Origin: Methanothrix sp.
Lineage (GTDB): Archaea; Halobacteriota; Methanosarcinia; Methanotrichales; Methanotrichaceae
Length of the DNA stretch: 36,178 bases
Direction of reading: 5' to 3'
Assembly: GCA_040770465.1 (NCBI GenBank)
Contig: JAXGJB010000030.1
Span: 1 to 36,178, forward strand
Both the position numbers and the translations under genes were made by a program. This document shows positions 27,866 to 36,178 of this stretch, piece after piece (positions within the stretch are counted from its first letter, which is position 1; every line of letters starts with the position of its first letter). Under the pieces are notes generated by a model, which was not told the origin of the DNA, did not search any database, and worked only from the letters and a program-made list of their open reading frames with translations.

Positions 27866-27982
27866 TCCCTTTTTTGGCAGCAGCTCTGGTGATGGCGGGA
27901 TCGTCTGGCTTTTTGACACAGATCGGATTTGATCTGGTCAGCCTCTTTCCGGGATGGATGCCCCCGCCTTGCAAAAGCTGCA

Positions 27983-28774
27983 TCAGGCCATCTGGAGGGC
28001 GAGTTGCGAACCGATATCGATTACGCCCAGCATCTCCATGGAGATGATGAGGATCGGCTGATGCAGAAGATAGATCGCCAATGAGTTTCTTCCAAGAAAG
28101 AGAATCTGCCTTGCCGGGGTCTTCATAGAAATATTGGGGAGAAAGAGCCTCCTCTTTCCCCCGGGATAGAGGATTTCACCAAGAAAGATCCCGACCGCCA
28201 CGACGCCAAACCAGGGGAGGAGGGGGAAGTAATCGACGGATTGAAAGTTGCGGGGAATAAGGCCCAGCCATAGAAGCAAGAACGAGTCTATGGAGATGAG
28301 TCGGAGCCCCAGGCCAGCGAAGATGGCCATCGATCCCAGAGGTAGGGCCAAGCGAGGCCTGTTCAGCAGTGGGAAGGAGAGGATGATGGACAGGCCGATG
28401 AGATGGAGGATCCCGAATACGACGAAACCCTCTCCCAAAAAGAGGAACGTGGAGAGGGTTATGACCATCCCCCAGGAGAAGATCCTGACCCCCCGGCGGA
28501 GGTATCGGAGAAAGCTATCCTCGCCTCTGATGATGGCCCTGGCGGAGCTGATCTTCAGGGATACGCCCACCAGGAGGAGGAAGATCGAGGCTGTGGCCTC
28601 GGCAAATTTCGGGATCGGCCCAGAGTGGACGTCGAGGGGAAGCTGCACCGAGAAGAAGTCCAGGTCGTAGAGGGCGTGGAAGGAGATCATCATCACAACG
28701 GCGATGCCGCGGAGAAGGTCCACCTCCCAGTATCTGAACGCTCCGGATCCTTGCAGATACTTCCTCCTCGTCAT
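27983..28774 (-). CDS. DUF1624 / heparan-alpha-glucosaminide N-acetyltransferase-like membrane protein
   Basis: RYWEVDLLRGIAVVMMISFH, FGILHLIG, DYFPLLPW and GRNSLAIYLLHQP. Confidence 0.9.
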   Translation of the reverse strand: MTRRKYLQGSGAFRYWEVDLLRGIAVVMMISFHALYDLDFFSVQLPLDVHSGPIPKFAEATASIFLLLVGVSLKISSARAIIRGEDSFLRYLRRGVRIFSWGMVITLSTFLFLGEGFVVFGILHLIGLSIILSFPLLNRPRLALPLGSMAIFAGLGLRLISIDSFLLLWLGLIPRNFQSVDYFPLLPWFGVVAVGIFLGEILYPGGKRRLFLPNISMKTPARQILFLGRNSLAIYLLHQPILIISMEMLGVIDIGSQLALQMA

Positions 28775-28839
28775 CTATCGACACGGTGCAGCCATATGAT
28801 TATCCTCCAGTCCATCAAGCCTGAAGGAGGGCATGCTGG

Positions 28840-29274
28840 TCAGGGCATGAGGTTGGGGCCTGCTGCAAACCAGATGCCATCCATCCCATGGCCGTTTATT
28901 TCGCCGGGGACGTAGTCTCCGACGTAGTAGTAGAGGGGCCATCCCTTGTAGGTGGTCTGGACGGATCCGTCCTCCCGGGATATGGTCCCGAAGTCGAAGG
29001 AGCTGAGGTCCACAGGTATTATGATCTGGCCTGTATGAAAGGGCGGCCAGGACTGAATACAGGCGTCGCCACAGCTGCTGGACCCGCTTCCAGGATCGTC
29101 CCTCGCTGAGTAATAAAGAGTCATTCCATCCTGGTCCACCAGGTACTCGCCCAAGCCTCCGGCTGAGGCTAGATCGATGGTGTAGGCCGAGGCCGCCAGT
29201 CCGACGGTTAGGGCTACTGACGCGGTCGCCAGAGCCAGCACGGCTGGAAAGTTCAATTTTATCACCGTGCTCAT
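28840..29274 (-). CDS. Secreted COG4315 (Lipoprotein_15, Yx(FWY)xxD repeat) protein, paralog 2
   Basis: Signal peptide; LVD..GMTLY, CxxxCxxxWPP, QTTYKGWPLYYY and G.W. Confidence 0.88.
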   Translation of the reverse strand: MSTVIKLNFPAVLALATASVALTVGLAASAYTIDLASAGGLGEYLVDQDGMTLYYSARDDPGSGSSSCGDACIQSWPPFHTGQIIIPVDLSSFDFGTISREDGSVQTTYKGWPLYYYVGDYVPGEINGHGMDGIWFAAGPNLMP

Positions 29275-29334
29275 ATCATGCAGTTCGACGTTTTAAAGGT
29301 TCCGAGAGACGATCGGGTCTGAAGCTCGGGTCAT

Positions 29335-29381
29335 AAAAAAAAGAGGTGCTCCCCGAAACCCGGGCTATCCGGGGCAGGGTC
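29335..29381 (-). terminator. GC hairpin followed by T8 tract downstream of paralog 1
   Basis: Minus strand: ccccggatagcccgggtttcggggagcacctctttttttt. Confidence 0.5.
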
Positions 29382-29383
29382 CT

Positions 29384-29803
29384 TCAAAGGCTGGCTACGA
29401 ACCAGACGTCTCCCAGGCCCTGGCCTTTCGCATCGCCGGGAGCCTCGTCCTCGAAGTAGTAGTAGAGGGGCCATCCCCTGTAGGTGGTCTGGATGGAGCC
29501 GTCGTCTCTTTCGAAGCCCTGGAATTCGGTCTTGTTCAACTCCGGCGGAACCAAAATCTCCTGGGCGAAGAAGGCGGGCCACCGTTCTGCGCACTCACCG
29601 CTGCAAGCGCTGGTTCCATTGCCAGGAACGTCGCTTGCAAAGGTGTAGAGGGTCATCCCTTCACCATCGACGAGGAAGGTGCCCAGGGCTTGGTCGGTGG
29701 CGATGTTCACGGTGTACTCCATCTCAGCGTCCTCTCCATCAGATGCAAAAGCCACGACCATCGTTGCCATCATCGCCAACAGCATAAAGGCCTTCAATCT
29801 CAT
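29384..29803 (-). CDS. Secreted COG4315 (Lipoprotein_15) protein, paralog 1
   Basis: Signal peptide; LVDGEGMTLYTF, CSGECAERWP and QTTYRGWPLYYY. Confidence 0.88.
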   Translation of the reverse strand: MRLKAFMLLAMMATMVVAFASDGEDAEMEYTVNIATDQALGTFLVDGEGMTLYTFASDVPGNGTSACSGECAERWPAFFAQEILVPPELNKTEFQGFERDDGSIQTTYRGWPLYYYFEDEAPGDAKGQGLGDVWFVASL

Positions 29804-29871
29804 ATTTTCACCCCTGACATTATTGTCCCTCTATATTAAGATCTTTCTGATGGTTGGACGCGCTGGACGCC

Positions 29872-30327
29872 TCAGCCATCCTTCGGCCTGTACTCGGGGT
29901 CCTTCTCCGCCTCGACGCCCCGCGGAGAGTCGAAATGCTCCTCATAGGGTTTGATGTCCAGGATGGGGCTTTTATCCAGGGCATCAAGGCCGGTGACCGT
30001 GATCTTGTTCTTCTCGACGTTCAGGACCTCCACCACCGTCAGGCCGATGGGGTTTGGCCTCCTGGGGGTTCTGGTGGCGAAGAGCCCCCTTTTGGGGATC
30101 GATTCGTCGCCCATGGGATGGACCAGAAGGTCATAGCCCAGGGCGCGGTGGATGTGGTAGATGACGAAGATGTATCGGTACTTCTCGATCCCCTCCAGAG
30201 CGTCCAGGAACTTCTCGTCGATCTCCAGGGTGCAGAGGGAGTTTCTCATGGTCTTGGGGTCGGACGGTTCTCCGAAGTCGCAGTGGACTATGCCTATGGG
30301 GGTGAATGTCACAGCTTCTGGATTCAT
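29872..30327 (-). CDS. tsaA: tRNA (t6A37-N6)-methyltransferase TsaA/TrmO family
   Basis: PIG.V, GLFATRTPRRPNPIGL and GLDALDKSPILDIKPY. Start taken at MNPEAV. Confidence 0.88.
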   Translation of the reverse strand: MNPEAVTFTPIGIVHCDFGEPSDPKTMRNSLCTLEIDEKFLDALEGIEKYRYIFVIYHIHRALGYDLLVHPMGDESIPKRGLFATRTPRRPNPIGLTVVEVLNVEKNKITVTGLDALDKSPILDIKPYEEHFDSPRGVEAEKDPEYRPKDG

Positions 30328-30642
30328 GCTGCGTGAATATTGATCGTGGTCCGATATCAGAGTTTCCATATTCCTGGTTCGACCTCTCAGACCGGTCAGA
30401 TAGCATGAACCGGAAGAATACTCGCAAGCGGCCGGTTCGGCGGCACCATATCGGAGGTGGCCCCGAGATCCTCCGGACCCGGGCGAGCCGGTCGCTGGAG
30501 ACGGCTCGGCCCGGAGTCAGGGGACCCTCATGGATGGAATCAAGGTTATCGGCGATGGAGTCGGGCTTTGGGGTGGGGTTGAAGGAGGGGACCTGGCCAG
30601 GATCTGCCTCGCGAAAAGAAAGCAAACCATATTATTCGTCCT

Positions 30643-31074
30643 TCAAGCCTCTGAGAAGACGCTCGGGGTGGCTGAAACCTGGTAGAACGTCCGGGTGAGC
30701 CTCTCTGGATAGATCACCGTGAGCTTTGGGACTTCGTGGCGGAGCAGCCTCGAATCGTAGAGATAGTAGCCGCTCTTCAGCTCGCCCGCCCCCCTGGATA
30801 CCAGGACCGCCCGGTGAGGCTCGGTTCTCGTCACCGTAACGTTGCCGAAGTCGTAGAATAGGTCTATCAGCTCAGGCTCGATGTGCTTTGTTCCCAGGGC
30901 CAGGACGTATAGCCGGGCTAAGGGGTCGAGGCCGAACTTCACGTCGAATACGGCGTCGCCATCCTCGAGGGACATGGTCACCTCCCGGACCTGGATGTAC
31001 TCCCTTCCCCGCTCAGCGAGGGCTGGGGCGGCCAGAATGAAGATCATCAGAAGTAACGCCGCATCTTTTCTCAT
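30643..31074 (-). CDS. Hypothetical secreted protein
   Basis: Signal peptide (..LAAPALA), host-like codon style, closely follows the DUF2116 gene. Confidence 0.7.
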   Translation of the reverse strand: MRKDAALLLMIFILAAPALAERGREYIQVREVTMSLEDGDAVFDVKFGLDPLARLYVLALGTKHIEPELIDLFYDFGNVTVTRTEPHRAVLVSRGAGELKSGYYLYDSRLLRHEVPKLTVIYPERLTRTFYQVSATPSVFSEA

Positions 31075-31080
31075 TTGCCA

Positions 31081-31290
31081 TCAACCTTGAGGGGCCTTCA
31101 GGATGACGGGGACGATGAGCATCAGAATCAATAGCCCTATGAAGACCAGGAAGAAGAGGGTCTGGCGTCTCTGGGCGGATCTGTACTTGGACTCGCAGAC
31201 CTCGTCGCAGAAGGTCTCCGTCTCATCGATGGTCTTGCCGCAGACGATGCAGTGCTTGTGAGAATCCACTTTTGTCAACCCGATCACCAA
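31081..31290 (-). CDS. DUF2116 family Zn-ribbon membrane protein
   Basis: HKHCIVCGKTI....FC...C followed by a C-terminal TM helix. Exact start uncertain. Confidence 0.85.
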   Translation of the reverse strand: MVIGLTKVDSHKHCIVCGKTIDETETFCDEVCESKYRSAQRRQTLFFLVFIGLLILMLIVPVILKAPQG

Positions 31291-31400
31291 CGTCGACCCT
31301 ATGATTTGGACCGTAGATAAGATTTTTGGACGGCATTTTCGGCCAACTTTGATGGAAAAACGTATTAATGGATTGGGGGGATCTATGCCCCGGTGGACGT

Positions 31401-33179
31401 ATGCTGAGATGGACGTTAGCGATCTTGATCGCCCTCTCTATCGGCCTCGTTCTCGGAGCCGAGGCCAAGATGTACATCGTCGACGACGATGGCTTTGCCC
31501 AGTACCATTCCGTAGGCGAGGCGTTGGCGGTGGCCAACGACGGAGATACGATCTATGTGAAGCCCGGAACCTACCGGGAGCACATCGTCTTGAACAAGAG
31601 CGTCACGTTGATGCCTCCTCGAGGCGAGGAGGGGATCATAAGCCTGGCCGGTGACGGAAGCGACATCGGGATAGAGGTTCTGGCGGACGGCTGCATCATC
31701 GAAGGTTTCACCATTTCCGACTTTGCAGGCCCCGGGATCTACGCGGAGTCGGAATCTAACCAGATAAGAAAGAATACCCTGGTCAATAACGTGCACGGCA
31801 TCTACCTCAACGGCTCCTCCGGAAACCTGGTCGAGAATAACCAGGAGGATGGCGGCTACTGTGGGATCGTCATCATTTCATCAAGCGATAACGCGGTGAA
31901 GGGGAACGTAGCCAGGGGTTGCAGAGGTTCACCGGAGGTTCCTGGCTCGGGAATCCTCCTCAACTCCGGCTCCAACAACTCCATCTCAGGCTGCAGGGCC
32001 GAGGGATGCGGTCGGGGGATCGATATGCGTTCGGAAAGCCTGGAGAACGATATCTCTGGGGCCGAGGTTGAAGGCTGCGGCGTCGGCTTTCTCATAGAGA
32101 TGGGCTCGGGGGCGAATTTGATCCGATATTCCACCGTAAATAACGCCACCACCGCCATCGTCCTCGACACCGCTCTGAAAAACCTGATCCAGAACAACTC
32201 AATCACCAACTCGACCAATGGGATCGTCCTCTTCTCTTCGACCGAGAACGGGATCGTAGAAAACCGGCTCTCGAACCTGGATGTCGGATTGATGATCTCG
32301 GAGTCTATGGGCAACGTCTTCATAAATAACGAGATCGAGACCGCAAACTCCGGGGTACTGATCAAAGATGCCCCAACGAATAGGTTCGAGGGGAACACCC
32401 TGGTTGGCGTGAGGCTGGGGCTGAATGTCGAATCCACCGAGGATGGCCTCAACAATCAGATCTCAGAATCCAACCAGATCGATGGAGACCCCATTCTCTA
32501 TCTCTACAACCGATCGGACGGGGTGATCTCGGGCCGGGAGTTCGGACACGTCACCATCGCAGGGTGCGAAAACTTGACAATTGAGGGTAGCTCTATCACC
32601 AACGACGGTCTCTTCTTATACTCGTCGAGGGGCTGCAGGATCCTCGACAACGTCGTATCCAACGGTTATGGAATGCTGATCCGGGATTCTGACGAAAACG
32701 AGATCCGAGGAAATCAGGCCTGTGAGAATCGGTATGGCGGCGTAATGCTGGTGGATTCGGACGGCAACACCATCGGAGAGAACAACCTCAGCAAAAATGA
32801 GTGGGACGGCCTTCTTCTGAGAGGATCGGACGCCAACAAGGTCCTATCGAACCTCGCCGAAGGGAATAGAGAGGCCGGGATCAGGGTTCTGGACTCCAAC
32901 GATACGGAGATCACCGGAAATTCGGTCATCGGAAATGGTTTCGGAATCTACGTCAACGGGTCCGGCGGATGCATAGTCTATAGGAACAACATCATCGACA
33001 ATCTCGTCCAGGCGATGGATGACGGCGATAACCTCTGGGACTGGGGCGCTCTCAAAGGCGGAAATTACTGGTCTGACCATTCCTGCGAAGGCAGCCCGTG
33101 CCTGAACCAGACCAGGTCGATAGGAGAAAGGGCGGCGGACAGCTACCCCTTCGGTGAGAGGGACGGATGGAGCAAATGA
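31401..33179 (+). CDS. Secreted right-handed beta-helix (NosD/CASH) protein
   Basis: Signal peptide; GDTIYVKPGTYRE; repeated GI.L..S..N.I..N; C-terminal GGNYWSD...D.YP. Confidence 0.9.
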   Translation: MLRWTLAILIALSIGLVLGAEAKMYIVDDDGFAQYHSVGEALAVANDGDTIYVKPGTYREHIVLNKSVTLMPPRGEEGIISLAGDGSDIGIEVLADGCIIEGFTISDFAGPGIYAESESNQIRKNTLVNNVHGIYLNGSSGNLVENNQEDGGYCGIVIISSSDNAVKGNVARGCRGSPEVPGSGILLNSGSNNSISGCRAEGCGRGIDMRSESLENDISGAEVEGCGVGFLIEMGSGANLIRYSTVNNATTAIVLDTALKNLIQNNSITNSTNGIVLFSSTENGIVENRLSNLDVGLMISESMGNVFINNEIETANSGVLIKDAPTNRFEGNTLVGVRLGLNVESTEDGLNNQISESNQIDGDPILYLYNRSDGVISGREFGHVTIAGCENLTIEGSSITNDGLFLYSSRGCRILDNVVSNGYGMLIRDSDENEIRGNQACENRYGGVMLVDSDGNTIGENNLSKNEWDGLLLRGSDANKVLSNLAEGNREAGIRVLDSNDTEITGNSVIGNGFGIYVNGSGGCIVYRNNIIDNLVQAMDDGDNLWDWGALKGGNYWSDHSCEGSPCLNQTRSIGERAADSYPFGERDGWSK

Positions 33180-33221
33180 GCCGGAAAGTACTTGAAGTGG
33201 TCGTCGGAATAGGGGGAGACC

Positions 33222-33395
33222 ATGGCGAAGAAAAAATCTGAGGGCAGCGGACTGATGTCCTCTGCCGGTCTCATGAGGTACTTTGAGGCAGACGATACGG
33301 CGATCAAGCTGAACCCAAAGACGGTGATCGCTTTCAGCTCGGCGTTGGGGGCTGGGGTTCTGGCGCTGAACTTCTCCTTCGGGCTTTGGCCCTGA
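33222..33395 (+). CDS. secG: Preprotein translocase subunit Sec61-beta (archaeal SecG)
   Basis: Not in the ORF track (57 aa). Manual translation MAKKKSEGSGLMSSAGLMRYFEADDTAIKLNPKTVIAF... has the GLMSSAGL.RYF signature and one TM. GGGGAG RBS upstream. Confidence 0.92.
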   Translation: MAKKKSEGSGLMSSAGLMRYFEADDTAIKLNPKTVIAFSSALGAGVLALNFSFGLWP

Positions 33396-33505
33396 AGGGG
33401 CAGCCATCCCCACCTTGCCAGAGCGGTATTTCTTCTCCCGCGCCCCCCGCTCATAATCGCTGATCTCCATTCCGACAATTCTATTTTGCCTGACTCGTGC
33501 CCCGC

Positions 33506-34372
33506 CTATCGCCTCTTCTTCAGCTCATCGAGGAGCCTGTCGACGACCTTCTCAAAGCTCTTCTTTGCTGCGGTCTCCTTCTCCACGAAGGCGATGCCGC
33601 TGTCGCCCAGGGGGGCCACCTCCGGGTCCAGAGGTATCGCTCCCAGGAAGGGGACGCCAAGCTCCTCGGCAGCCCTCTCTCCACCGCCGGTCTTGAAGAT
33701 CTCCAGAACCTCGCCGCAATGAGGGCATCGCAGGCCGCTCATGTTCTCGACGATCCCGAGGAGGGGGACGTTCATCGACTTCGCCATGTTCACCGCCTTA
33801 CGAGAGTCGAGGAGGGCGACCTCCTGGGGGGTGGTGACGATGACGGCCCCGGATAGGTCCGGCAAAAGCTGGACGACGCTGAGGGGCTCGTCGCTGGTCC
33901 CCGGCGGCAGGTCGATTATGAGGAAGTCGAGGTCGCCCCAGTTTACGTCGGACATGAACTGCTTTATCGCCGCCATCTTCATGGGGCCTCTCCAGACGAC
34001 GGCCGAGTCCGTGCCCGAGAGGGCGAAGGCCATGGATATCACCTTCAGACCCTTCGAGTCGACGGGCTCGATCCCCTCCGGCCCGCCCGAGAGCCTCGAG
34101 GCCTCTACCCCCAAAAGCTTCGCGGTGCTGGGGCCTGTGATGTCGGCGTCCAGGACCCCCACCCTGAATCCCAGGGACTGGAGGGAGCGGGCGAGGTTGA
34201 CGGCGACGGTGCTCTTGCCTACGCCGCCCTTGCCGCTGGCGATCATTATCTTGTTCTTTATCCTTCCCATCCTGGCGGAGACGGCCCGCATCTGCTCGTC
34301 CATCTCTTTTTTCGGGTCTGTGCAGGTCCCTCTTGTGGCGCAGGACTCGCATTTGCTGTCGCATTCTTCCAT
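33506..34372 (-). CDS. apbC: Mrp/NBP35/ApbC iron-sulfur cluster carrier ATPase
   Basis: SGKGGVGKS, DADITGPS, WRGPM, DLPPGTSD and ENMSG..CPHC; N-terminal CxxxCxxCx5C. Start at MEECDSK. Confidence 0.9.
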   Translation of the reverse strand: MEECDSKCESCATRGTCTDPKKEMDEQMRAVSARMGRIKNKIMIASGKGGVGKSTVAVNLARSLQSLGFRVGVLDADITGPSTAKLLGVEASRLSGGPEGIEPVDSKGLKVISMAFALSGTDSAVVWRGPMKMAAIKQFMSDVNWGDLDFLIIDLPPGTSDEPLSVVQLLPDLSGAVIVTTPQEVALLDSRKAVNMAKSMNVPLLGIVENMSGLRCPHCGEVLEIFKTGGGERAAEELGVPFLGAIPLDPEVAPLGDSGIAFVEKETAAKKSFEKVVDRLLDELKKRR

Positions 34373-34458
34373 GGTAACACCATCATTGAGCTTTGAAAAT
34401 CGTTTTAGTTCGGCTGAAGTTTGATTTTCGAACTTATCCGGCGGGGCCGGATTTTTCG

Positions 34459-35391
34459 TCACCTTCCCCGAGCCTGGAAGTAGATGACATCTCCTTTCCG
34501 AATCCGTCTGATCTCGCCCTCGCCTTCCAGGACTTCCAGGTACTTCAAGATCTCGTTTCGATGAAGGGAGGTGAGGGCTGCCAGCTCCTCCAGGGTGCAG
34601 GGCCTCCGGGATAGAAGGTCTTTGATCTCCACCTCGGTCTTCTCCGACAGGGATCTCTCCCAATCGGCTATCACCTCGGCGCCGGAGAATAGCTCCAGCA
34701 TCCTCTCCATCTCCTCCGGAGTCAGGGGCTGGACCGGCTCGGCCGGGGGCCTGACTACGGTGTTGAGCTGGACCCTGTCGGGGCCGATCCTATCGGCCGC
34801 CTCGGCGATTAATGCGGCTTCGCCATCGTTGATCCCTTTGACCAGCATCACCTCAAGCCAGATCGAGCCTGAGAACTCCTCCCGGAGCTGGATCAAACCC
34901 TCGATGATCTCATCGATCCGGAGGTCGGGGTGGGGGCGGTTCACCCTCTCAAAGGTGGCCTGGGTGGCGGCGTCGAGGCTCGGAACTATCAGGTCCGCCT
35001 CCAGCACCTCCTGCCGGACATCGTCGCGGAAGAAGAGGGTGCCGTTGGTGAGGAGGACGACCGGCTTATCGACCGCCTCCTTCGCCCCCCTGATGATCTC
35101 GTCGAGGCCGCGGTGGAGGAGGGGCTCGCCGGAGCCGGCCAGGGTCAGATAATCGAAGTCGACCGGACCCGTTGACGGCTTTCCGGCAACCTCCTCCTTA
35201 TCCGAGAGAGCCCGGATCTCGGCCAGGACCTCCTGGGGAGAGACCCGCTTCTCCCTTTTGAGGGTGAGGCATGTGGTTCTCCCCAGCTGGCAGTAGACAC
35301 AGTCCAGGGTGCAGGTCTTGAAGGGGAGGAGGTCGACTCCAAGGGAGAGGCCTAGCCTCCGGGACGGAACCGGGCCGAACAGGTGCTTCAT
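34459..35391 (-). CDS. Radical SAM protein (COG0731-type) with C-terminal winged-helix
   Basis: FGPVPSRRLGLSLGVD, CTLDCVYCQLG, SGEPL and LTNG; C-terminal RRPCTLEEL HTH-like region. Confidence 0.88.
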   Translation of the reverse strand: MKHLFGPVPSRRLGLSLGVDLLPFKTCTLDCVYCQLGRTTCLTLKREKRVSPQEVLAEIRALSDKEEVAGKPSTGPVDFDYLTLAGSGEPLLHRGLDEIIRGAKEAVDKPVVLLTNGTLFFRDDVRQEVLEADLIVPSLDAATQATFERVNRPHPDLRIDEIIEGLIQLREEFSGSIWLEVMLVKGINDGEAALIAEAADRIGPDRVQLNTVVRPPAEPVQPLTPEEMERMLELFSGAEVIADWERSLSEKTEVEIKDLLSRRPCTLEELAALTSLHRNEILKYLEVLEGEGEIRRIRKGDVIYFQARGR

Positions 35392-35625
35392 ATTTCGAGT
35401 CCTCCTGATATCAATCCTCGATTAAAAGGATGAAGGCAAGAGATACTAATAGGTTGCGTAAGAAGTCCCTTAGTGGCTGCAGGTGAAAAGAGATGGCCAA
35501 AATTTATCGATGGCGTGATCGAGAGAGGCGCCTGCCATCGCAGATGCCCCAGAAGTTCGAAAGCGGAGAAAGATAAATTAAAGATCCTCCGATAAAAAAA
35601 ACTCTGATTTATCCTGGAGAAGATC

Positions 35626-35853
35626 ATGAGATGCTTCATCTGTAAGAAGGGTTCGACGGAGCCCGGAACGACGACCGTCACTCTGGAGCGGTCCGGTCTG
35701 ATTATGGTGATCAAGGGGGCGCCAGCCCAGGTCTGCAAGAACTGCGGCGAGGCTTACGTCGACGAGAAGGTCACGTCAGAACTTCTCGCGTCAGCGGAGA
35801 AGGCGGCAAAAGCAGGAGCTGAAGTCGAGATACGCGAGTACGTGACCGCTTAG
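35626..35853 (+). CDS. YgiT-type zinc finger / MqsA-family antitoxin-like protein
   Basis: MRCFICKKG....GTTTVTLER...VIKGAPAQVCKNCGEAY, with two CxxC motifs. Confidence 0.88.
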   Translation: MRCFICKKGSTEPGTTTVTLERSGLIMVIKGAPAQVCKNCGEAYVDEKVTSELLASAEKAAKAGAEVEIREYVTA

Positions 35854-35908
35854 AACTATCTTTAATGACTGTGCTGATCTGTCAACCGACCTTTCCCTCC
35901 ATCTCGAT

Positions 35909-35948
35909 CCCGCCCTCCGACCGCCCGGCGCGAATGCGCCGGGAGGCG
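35909..35948 (+). repeat. GC-rich hairpin related to elements at 5907 and 7115 (copy C)
   Basis: ccgCCCGGCGC-gaat-GCGCCGGG; shares ccgcccggcgc + gaa + gcgc with copy A. Confidence 0.5.
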
Positions 35949-36091
35949 CTGCTCCTGGATGGGCCATAAGAAGACTCGCCCTCACACGCCACCACCAGAG
36001 ACCACCGAATTTGCAGAGGTCTCGCAAGGCATCCTGCGGCTTTTTGGGTTGCTCCAAAAGTTATTTACCCTTTTTACGCCTTCTTATCTCC

Positions 36092-36178
36092 ATGATGGCA
36101 GGTGATGGAGTGAAGGAGAGAAGACAGGCTGCAAACTCCCAAAGCTCAAAGCCTCGATCCGTGGACGATCTCACCTGT
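36092..36178 (+). CDS. Possible start of an unidentified gene truncated by the window end
   Basis: Open frame MMAGDGVKERRQAANSQSSKPRSVDDLTC, about 25-30 nt downstream of TATA-like AAAAGTTATTTA. Confidence 0.3.
   Translation, partial: MMAGDGVKERRQAANSQSSKPRSVDDLTC

Noticed and set aside
30328-30642. SRP (7S) RNA or RNase P RNA, suggested by length and GC stems
   Set aside because: No SRP helix-8 CAGG...GGAA...AGCAG motif or RNase P GAGGAA.GUCC motif seen on either strand.
33421-33453. Fourth copy of the GC-rich dispersed repeat (ccgcgccccccgctca)
   Set aside because: Lacks the GAA hairpin; explained by a local GAGCGG/CCGCTC stem between convergent genes.
34373-34663. N-terminal extension of the Mrp/ApbC ORF
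   Set aside because: Overlaps the radical SAM gene in another frame; MEECDSK at 34372 is the plausible start.

Overview
A GC-rich archaeal chromosome segment from a methanogen, most consistent with Methanotrichaceae (Methanothrix/Methanocrinis harundinacea-like). This rests on methanogenesis markers Mmp2 and Mmp4/MtxX, Hel308, archaeal Sec61-beta and the codon style; the lineage is an inference. About 30 genes are supported. Housekeeping: dapL (partial), hel308, an NrdG-type radical SAM protein, a COG0237 kinase, tsaA, Sec61-beta and Mrp/ApbC. Transport: a DrrAB-like ABC pair and a regulator-centred cluster of MFS, MATE, GbsR/MarR regulator, RND/MMPL and COG1361 genes. Signalling: a 7-PAS histidine kinase. 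Secreted proteins: FmdE-like, C25/gingipain-like, two COG4315 paralogs and a beta-helix protein. Accessory genes: an AT-richer TPR gene, DUF523-DUF1722 and an orphan YgiT/MqsA zinc finger. I found no transposase, integrase, CRISPR array, rRNA or tRNA. The best leads are (1) a secreted gingipain-like protein that appears to lack both catalytic residues and carries Cys-rich inserts including CxxCH, (2) a same-strand GC-rich GAA-hairpin repeat following three accessory genes, and (3) a 9-bp repeat array between the ABC genes that encodes a translationally coupled (Gly-X-Y)12 micro-ORF. All calls come from motif recognition by eye; no searches were run.
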